Shown here: in pieces, positions 58,010 through 64,000 of the stretch | Position numbering within the stretch: position 1 is the stretch's first letter | How the letters are laid out: every line of letters begins with the position of its first letter | From: Desulfobacterales bacterium | GTDB taxonomy: Bacteria > Desulfobacterota > Desulfobacteria > Desulfobacterales > C00003060 | DNA length: 64,000 nt | Assembly: GCA_013375375.1 (NCBI GenBank) | Contig: JABXJX010000002.1 | Span: 1,584 to 65,583, forward strand | Reading direction: 5' to 3' | The notes under the pieces: model-generated | Databases searched by the model: none | What the model saw: only the letters and a program-made list of their open reading frames with translations | Told to the model about the DNA's origin: nothing | Position numbers and translations under genes: made by a program

Positions 58010-59456
58010 ACCTGAATCGAACTACAAGGCCCCCAATTTGGGGCTTTTGTTCCTCAGTAACGCTATTTCACAGAGTCGTCATGAGGCTTTGTTGCTGGAT
58101 TTTAATGGCAAGCCCATCGATGATCCGGCGACGAGGGTCATGCAACTCATCGATTCCCATGAAATAGCCATTATTGGGATATCGGTTTGTGATGTCAATT
58201 ACCAATGGTCCGTAGATCTTATAAGGCAATTGAAAAAGAAAAGAGCAATCACTGTCGTTGTCGGTGGACCGCAAGTCAACAGTCTAAAAGAATCTGTTCT
58301 AACGGACAACGCGGAAATTGACTACGCATTTGCTGGCGAATGTGAGGAGTCCATTGTCAACTTCCTTGACTTCATTGAGGCTGGCGGTGACGGAAGCGGG
58401 GTCCCCGGTTTACTTTACCGGAACGGAAAAACAATCAAACAGGTTAATCAAAACTTCATTTCATCGCTTGATGAACTGCCTTTCCCAGATTACAGCCATT
58501 TGGGTATTGAACATGTTTCTGGCTACATGCTGCTGACCTCACGGGGGTGTCCGTACCGCTGTACGTTTTGCTGTCGCAATACGGGGAACGTTTGGCGACC
58601 TCGATCGTTGGCCGAGTGTATAGAAGAAATACGCATAGCCAAAGAAAAGCTTGCCATCAAAAGTTTTAGAATTATCGACGCGTCTTTTAATATAAACGAA
58701 CATCGTGTTATCCAGTTTTGTCAACAGGCAAAAGAGTCAAAAAACGAACTGCCGTGGATGGTAAGCGGAATAAGGGCTGATCGTCTCACGGAGAAGTCTG
58801 TTGCTGCGCTTAAAGATGCTGGTTGTGAAATGTTGGCCGTGGGTGTGGAGAGTCTCGACCCCGTGGTATTTCGTCGGATTAACAAAGGAGAAACCATTGC
58901 TGACATTATGCGTGCAATAAACCTGGGTCACAAATATGACATTGAAGTGGCATGTTATATGATTCACGGCTTACCCGGGGATAGCTACGAAAGATCGATA
59001 AGCTACGCCCGCAAATTACAGGCATTGAGACCATCTTACGTCATGTACAATCATGCGATACCTTTTCCCGGCACCGAACTGCATAACTGGGTAACCCGGC
59101 ACGGTCATTTCAACGCTGATTTTTCATGGCTTCAGACTCGTGACGTAGAAAAAGTTGCATTCTGGACAGATGATTTTACGGAAGAAGAGCGGTTGAAATC
59201 CTTCCGCATCATCCAAACCATCACCCACGTAATAAATTTTTCTAGCGAGGACCCTAACGAGCTATCTGCTCTCGAAGCGGAGATTAAAGAGCATGACCCC
59301 GAATATCTTGTTTATCACCTTGATTTTGTCAAAGAGAACTTGAATCGAAAAGGTAATGAGAAAAACTACATTAAACGGTTTCACCAGGAAACCGATATCG
59401 GACGTCGGTCTGATTATACGGGCTGTGTTAATGTAAAGACTCACGAAATGGTCTGA
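57990..59456 (+). CDS. B12-binding-domain radical SAM enzyme
   Basis: The N-terminus (MRILLIEP...PNLGLLFLSNAI...IIGISV...VVVGGP) is a cobalamin-binding Rossmann-like domain. It is followed by SRGCPYRCTFCC. 20-nt overlap with the previous gene. Confidence 0.8.
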   Translation: MRILLIEPESNYKAPNLGLLFLSNAISQSRHEALLLDFNGKPIDDPATRVMQLIDSHEIAIIGISVCDVNYQWSVDLIRQLKKKRAITVVVGGPQVNSLKESVLTDNAEIDYAFAGECEESIVNFLDFIEAGGDGSGVPGLLYRNGKTIKQVNQNFISSLDELPFPDYSHLGIEHVSGYMLLTSRGCPYRCTFCCRNTGNVWRPRSLAECIEEIRIAKEKLAIKSFRIIDASFNINEHRVIQFCQQAKESKNELPWMVSGIRADRLTEKSVAALKDAGCEMLAVGVESLDPVVFRRINKGETIADIMRAINLGHKYDIEVACYMIHGLPGDSYERSISYARKLQALRPSYVMYNHAIPFPGTELHNWVTRHGHFNADFSWLQTRDVEKVAFWTDDFTEEERLKSFRIIQTITHVINFSSEDPNELSALEAEIKEHDPEYLVYHLDFVKENLNRKGNEKNYIKRFHQETDIGRRSDYTGCVNVKTHEMV

Positions 59457-59547
59457 AGTTAACGCGTCTTTCGAAAACATCAAAAATCTTGACCAAGCTG
59501 CATGTGCCGATTCCGATTCAAAACAAAGGAGTGCTTTAGTCGTAAAG

Positions 59548-61494
59548 ATGTGTGGGATTGCCGGCATATATCATCTTGAACGAAAGCCTATTCCGGCACA
59601 CTGCCTGCAGGGTATGTGTGACGTGATGAAACACCGCGGTCCCGACGATGAGGGCTATGTGTTTTTTCATGTCAGAAACGAGCCGTTTAGGGATGAGGGA
59701 TATTGGGTCGAAAAAGGCGCTGATATGCCAGCAGTCCAAGGAGTTGAGGAATGGAGAAATCTATTTGGTGGGAATGACGACTTCAACCTGGCGTTGGGGC
59801 ACAGGCGCTTAGCTGTTATTGATCTGACTTCTGCCGCACATCAACCCATGTCGAATCGGGCCAATGGTATCTGGATAAGCTACAACGGCGAGATATATAA
59901 TTTTAGAGAGCTGCGGCGTGAGCTTGAAAGCAAGGGTCACCACTTCTTTTCTCGCTCGGATACTGAGGTGATAATACACCTGTACGAAGAGTATGGTGAC
60001 GATGGCATAACCAGGTTAAACGGGATATTCGCATTTGCCCTTTGGGATGGGAGGAAGAATCGTTTACTACTGGCTCGTGATCGATATGGGGCCAAACCTT
60101 TATACTATACTATTCAAAATAATATATTGAGCTTTGCTTCAGAAGTAAAAGCCCTCCTCCAGGTAGATGGCATAAATGCCAAACTTAACTACCAGGCATT
60201 GTCAGAATATTTTACCTTTCAAAATACCTTTGGCGACGCCACCCTGTTTGACGGAATAAAACTGCTGGAACCCGGCCATCTTCTGGTGATAGAGGGGAAA
60301 AATATAACTAAGAAGAAATACTGGGATTTTGACTTTGATGATGGTGATGATCAAGGGGAAGCATTCTACATCAAACGGCTTAGAGAGATTTTTGAGCAGG
60401 TGATCGAACGTCAATTGATTTCGGATGTTCCTGTGGGAAGTTACCTGAGCGGGGGGCTTGATTCCGGTAGTATTACTGCATTTGCCTCGAAGTTTATTCC
60501 TCGGTTGATGACTTTTACCGGCGGTTTTGATGTTGCCACTGCTGTGAGTATCGAAAACTTCTTTGATGAGCGTGATAAGGCTGAATTGATATCGCGCGAA
60601 TTCGGCACAGAACATTACCAAATGGTCATTCATGCGGGTGATCTGGAATGGGCCCTGCCAAGAGTAATCCGGCATAGCGAGGATCTGCGTGTAGGCATGT
60701 CTTATCCCCATTATTATCTGTCGCAATTAGCGAGTAAGTTCGTCAAGGTCGTACTTGCCGGACCAGGTGGTGATGAAACCTTGGCCGGTTATCCCTGGAG
60801 ATACGATTTGGTAAAAAATTGTAAATCCTGTCGGGAATTCGAAGAGGTTACCTACCAATACTGGTCGAGGCTTGTTAAAGATCAGGACAAGAAAGAATTC
60901 TTCAGCCCAAATACATTGGAAAGAATAGGAAATCACTTGCCATTTGAATCTTTACAAGGCGTTCTAAGCAACGATTCGAACAGTAACTTTGCCAAAAAAG
61001 CGCTATATTTCGATGCCAAAACGTTCTTGCATGGGATTCTGCTTGTCGAGGATAAATTAAGTATGGCTCATTCTTTAGAGTCAAGAGTACCTTTTTTAGA
61101 TAATGAACTTGTGGACTTTACAACTAAAATGCCATGTAAATATCTCCTCAACGATTCATGGATCCCGACGGCCAAGACCGATATTAATCTCTCTGGAAAG
61201 TACGTTTTACGACGTGCAATGGAAGGTATGTTGCCGAAAGATATTATCGAAAATCGTAAACAGGGTTTTAGTCCGCCGGAGCAATCATGGTATATGCAGC
61301 AGCTTGTCCAGTATATTAAGAGCATCATTCTCTCAGAGCGTAGCCTGGAACGAGGTTTTTTTCAAAAGGTATATCTGGAGAGAATCCTTAATGAACATGT
61401 AAAGGGTAAGGCTAATCATCGTCTTCTGATCTGGTCGCTTCTTAGTTTTGAGTGGTGGAACAGAATTTTTATTGATGGAGAGGGAGTTGAATAG
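59548..61494 (+). CDS. asparagine synthase (glutamine-hydrolysing)-family amidotransferase
   Basis: N-terminal MCGIAG (Cys2 nucleophile), HRRLAVIDL, and the SGGLDS PP-loop; 648 aa. Confidence 0.9.
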   Translation: MCGIAGIYHLERKPIPAHCLQGMCDVMKHRGPDDEGYVFFHVRNEPFRDEGYWVEKGADMPAVQGVEEWRNLFGGNDDFNLALGHRRLAVIDLTSAAHQPMSNRANGIWISYNGEIYNFRELRRELESKGHHFFSRSDTEVIIHLYEEYGDDGITRLNGIFAFALWDGRKNRLLLARDRYGAKPLYYTIQNNILSFASEVKALLQVDGINAKLNYQALSEYFTFQNTFGDATLFDGIKLLEPGHLLVIEGKNITKKKYWDFDFDDGDDQGEAFYIKRLREIFEQVIERQLISDVPVGSYLSGGLDSGSITAFASKFIPRLMTFTGGFDVATAVSIENFFDERDKAELISREFGTEHYQMVIHAGDLEWALPRVIRHSEDLRVGMSYPHYYLSQLASKFVKVVLAGPGGDETLAGYPWRYDLVKNCKSCREFEEVTYQYWSRLVKDQDKKEFFSPNTLERIGNHLPFESLQGVLSNDSNSNFAKKALYFDAKTFLHGILLVEDKLSMAHSLESRVPFLDNELVDFTTKMPCKYLLNDSWIPTAKTDINLSGKYVLRRAMEGMLPKDIIENRKQGFSPPEQSWYMQQLVQYIKSIILSERSLERGFFQKVYLERILNEHVKGKANHRLLIWSLLSFEWWNRIFIDGEGVE

Positions 61495-61532
61495 TGTGAG
61501 GTAAGCGCCTAAAGTGATCTAAGGTGACTAAA

Positions 61533-62489
61533 ATGCCTAAAGTTAATCAAAATAGCTTCAATAACCCCAAACTCCTCGAATTTCCGGGTCGTGTCACCTT
61601 AGAATTAACAAATTACTGCAATTTGAATTGTGTAATGTGTCCGAGGAAGTACATGACAGGCCCCAAGGGGTATTTATCATTTTCTCTTTTTACTGAAATA
61701 ATAGACGAAATCGCAGAACGCGAAAACATCGCTCTTGTTCCTTTCTTCAGAGGGGAATCGTTACTTCATCCCAGATGTATCGACATGCTGGCATATGCTA
61801 AAGAGAATGGAGTTGGCCCTATTCAGTTCGCTACGAACGGCACTCTTATGACTGAAAATATTGCTCGGGATTTAATTGATATAGAGGTGGACTTTGTTTC
61901 TTTTAGTGTTGATTCCATTGATCCAAAGGATTATCGACAAATCAGAAAAGGGGCTGACCTTAAAACCGTACTAAAAAACATCGAATTCTTATGTAATCTA
62001 AAGAAGACAAGAGGAATATCAAAACCTGACATCCAGGTTTCCGTTGTGAAAACAAAAAATACCTACAATGGGATAGAAGATTTTGTTAACTTTTGGCAAC
62101 AAAGGGTTGATCGAGTTCGAGTATATGAAGAGCATTCTAAGGATGGTAATTTTGGCTCTTTGGACAAAGCCGGAGATGATGATGCGGTTTGTGAAAAACG
62201 GCGGCCTTGTTTGAAGCCTTTTACTGACATGGTTATTTATTGGAATGGCTGTGTTGTTCTGTGTAACCATGATTGGGATAAAAAATATGTCATAGGCGAC
62301 GTTAACCAAAGTGCCATTTCAGAAATTTGGCATAATGAGACTTATCGCAAAATCAGAGAAGCGCACCTGGGTAACGGCGAACTCGATGAGGTTTGCAAGG
62401 AATGCGACCACTGGAGGACTTATTATCGTAAAGAAAGTCTTATAGGGGAGGTATATGTCGGTAATTCAGAGGTGTATACAAATGCCTGA
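61533..62489 (+). CDS. radical SAM enzyme with SPASM-like domain
   Basis: LTNYCNLNCVMCPR; C-terminal CLKPFTDMVIYWNGCVVLC, GDVNQSAISEIWHN and CKECDHW. ATG 61533 follows AAGGTGA; GTG 61524 is an alternative start. Confidence 0.8.
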   Translation: MPKVNQNSFNNPKLLEFPGRVTLELTNYCNLNCVMCPRKYMTGPKGYLSFSLFTEIIDEIAERENIALVPFFRGESLLHPRCIDMLAYAKENGVGPIQFATNGTLMTENIARDLIDIEVDFVSFSVDSIDPKDYRQIRKGADLKTVLKNIEFLCNLKKTRGISKPDIQVSVVKTKNTYNGIEDFVNFWQQRVDRVRVYEEHSKDGNFGSLDKAGDDDAVCEKRRPCLKPFTDMVIYWNGCVVLCNHDWDKKYVIGDVNQSAISEIWHNETYRKIREAHLGNGELDEVCKECDHWRTYYRKESLIGEVYVGNSEVYTNA

Positions 62490-63708
62490 TGAGATAATTC
62501 CCATAACACGACCTGTTTTTGATGAGGAGGAAGAACGTGCTATCCCGGAAGTGATAAGATCCGGATGGTTGGTTCAGGGCCCCCGGGTTGCGGATTTTGA
62601 AGATAAGTTTAAGACATTTCTCGGTGTCAAGCATGCCATTGCAACAACCTCTTGTACCACAGCGCTTCATCTTGCTCTACTGGCTGCAGGGATCGGCCCG
62701 AGCGATGAGGTGTTACTGCCTTCCTTTACTTTCATTGCGACCGCCAATGCTGTTGAGTACACAGGGGCCAAGCCTGTATTTATAGATATTGATCTTGCCA
62801 CCTACAACATTGATTCTGAAAAGATATTGGAGTACCTGGACAATCAAAAAGCGATTTACAAACGCCATGCTAAGTGCATCCTCCCTGTCTCTCTTTTTGG
62901 CCTTTGCGCGAATATGGAATCAATTAACAGGATTGCATCTGAAAACGGACTCATAGTGATTGAAGACGCGGCCTGCGGGTTTGGCGCCAAACGAAATGGG
63001 CGCTTCGCTGGAACAGAGGCTTTGGCAGGATGTTTCAGTCTTCATCCCCGCAAGGCGATTACTACTGGGGAAGGGGGAATGGTCGTGACTAACGATGACC
63101 ATTTGGCTGACAAAGTCCGAAAGATGAGGGATCATGGCGGGTCAAAGACAGACCTGGAAAGACATTTACAGAATGGCGGTTCTATGCTTCCCGAATATAA
63201 TATGCTGGGTTTTAACTACCGGATGACGGACTTACAAGGGGCATTGGGCGTAGCCCAAATGGACAAGGCTGACATGATAATAGAGGGGCGACGGAAGGCC
63301 GCTGCAAGATACGATGAGCTTTTGCAAGGGGTAGCTGAGATAACAACACCGTTTGTACCGGAAAGCTATACACATGCTTACCAGTCTTATGTTTGTTTGT
63401 ATAAGGCGGATAGTTCCAAGCTGAAAGATAAAGCGGATATTCACTGGTCCGATGTTGATGTCTGGAACCGTGAGCGCAACCGCCTCATGGCCCGCCTGGA
63501 AAAGAAGGGCATCTCTGTGAGGCAGGGAACACACGCTGTCCATACTTTGGGCTATTACAAGAAAAAATACGGACTTAATGACTATGATTACCCCATGTCC
63601 TATATTGCAGACCGACTATCCATAACCCTTCCACTATATTATGGGATAACCAAAGAAGAACAACTGAGAGTTGTGAATAGTTTGCAGGAGCTTATTAAGA
63701 CTCGGTAA
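62482..63708 (+). CDS. DegT/DnrJ/EryC1/StrS-family sugar aminotransferase (WbpE-like)
   Basis: IPITRPVFDEEE, GPRVADFE, ATTSCTTALHLAL, and SLHPRKAITTGEGGMV (PLP-Lys motif). ATG 62482 overlaps the previous gene by 8 nt. Confidence 0.85.
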   Translation: MPDEIIPITRPVFDEEEERAIPEVIRSGWLVQGPRVADFEDKFKTFLGVKHAIATTSCTTALHLALLAAGIGPSDEVLLPSFTFIATANAVEYTGAKPVFIDIDLATYNIDSEKILEYLDNQKAIYKRHAKCILPVSLFGLCANMESINRIASENGLIVIEDAACGFGAKRNGRFAGTEALAGCFSLHPRKAITTGEGGMVVTNDDHLADKVRKMRDHGGSKTDLERHLQNGGSMLPEYNMLGFNYRMTDLQGALGVAQMDKADMIIEGRRKAAARYDELLQGVAEITTPFVPESYTHAYQSYVCLYKADSSKLKDKADIHWSDVDVWNRERNRLMARLEKKGISVRQGTHAVHTLGYYKKKYGLNDYDYPMSYIADRLSITLPLYYGITKEEQLRVVNSLQELIKTR

Positions 63709-63760
63709 GGGGGAGAAAACGACAAGGTCGGAAAATTTGATCGCATTTTTTCTCTGAGTA

Positions 63761-64000
63761 TTATCCTTTGTAAGAAAGCCATGCCCTGAAAAAAGGATTT
63801 ATAAACCTGTATTCACCGCCGCTTTCAAACAGAATATTGAGTTTGGTCAGTCGTGTTATTGCCCTTTGAACAGATGATGGATTATTAAACCCTGCGGATT
63901 TCATGAAGGACACGGAAAAGACACTTTTTCCGCCTTCCTTTGCTATTGCCATGAGGCACCTGAGCTGAATGTTAGTCAAAAGGCTGACATAGTTTTCGTA
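63761..64000 (-). CDS. C-terminal end (wHTH, DUF234-like) of an AAA-type ATP-binding protein; 5' part lies outside the window
   Basis: The frame is open to the window edge (...YENYVSLLTNIQLRCLMAIAKEGG...SVQRAITRLTKLNILF..YRFINPFFRAWL). This C-terminus is typical of archaeal-ATPase/DUF234 proteins. Confidence 0.55.
   Translation of the reverse strand, partial: YENYVSLLTNIQLRCLMAIAKEGGKSVFSVSFMKSAGFNNPSSVQRAITRLTKLNILFESGGEYRFINPFFRAWLSYKG

Overview
This 64-kb chromosomal window appears to come from an anaerobic, sigma54-using Gram-negative bacterium. The gene content (HypE, FeoAB, many radical-SAM enzymes) looks Desulfobacterota-like, but the taxon is inference only.

- **1-16.4 kb (mostly housekeeping):** a gltB whose frame is broken inside the amidotransferase domain, an orphan YcaO-TPR protein, a REC-HisKA kinase and a peptidoglycan-recycling pair. 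Then tRNA-Pro(GGG), birA, a BtuB-sized TonB-dependent receptor whose promoter overlaps a BirA-operator-like palindrome, glk and pyk.
- **16.7-21.2 kb:** an ECF-type sigma gene with an atypical 3' end, followed by a visibly AT-richer five-gene operon: a tandem-RHH protein, a 2xHTH-PD-(D/E)xK nuclease, two small proteins including a Zn ribbon, and an Mrr-like nuclease. A DUF433/DUF5615 pair follows it.
- **21.3-22.6 kb:** a clear lysine riboswitch plus terminator in front of dapA.
- **23-31 kb (metal-homeostasis block):** znuACB, zur, NicO-like/DUF1007, and a Fur-FeoA fusion gene followed by feoA and feoB.
- **31-42.5 kb:** a hybrid kinase, a macro-domain protein, an EndoQ-UvrD fusion helicase, hypE, lemA, a nucleotidyltransferase and a TPM protein.
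- **43-63.7 kb:** one co-directional, tightly packed biosynthetic cluster. It holds a WbpB/WbpD-like fusion, a TPR/GT-like protein, and an aminotransferase-amidohydrolase-aldolase-RraA-like-ATP-grasp cassette. It also holds four radical-SAM/SPASM enzymes, one B12-radical-SAM enzyme, a methyltransferase, an AsnB-type amidotransferase and a DegT aminotransferase. No product can be assigned from sequence.

Six intergenic copies of an unrecognised nested-hairpin MITE-like repeat (68 to 261 bp) are scattered through the window, plus two other long palindromic elements. No CRISPR array, rRNA, integrase or transposase was seen. All calls come from reading the ORF translations and the DNA by eye; no searches were run.
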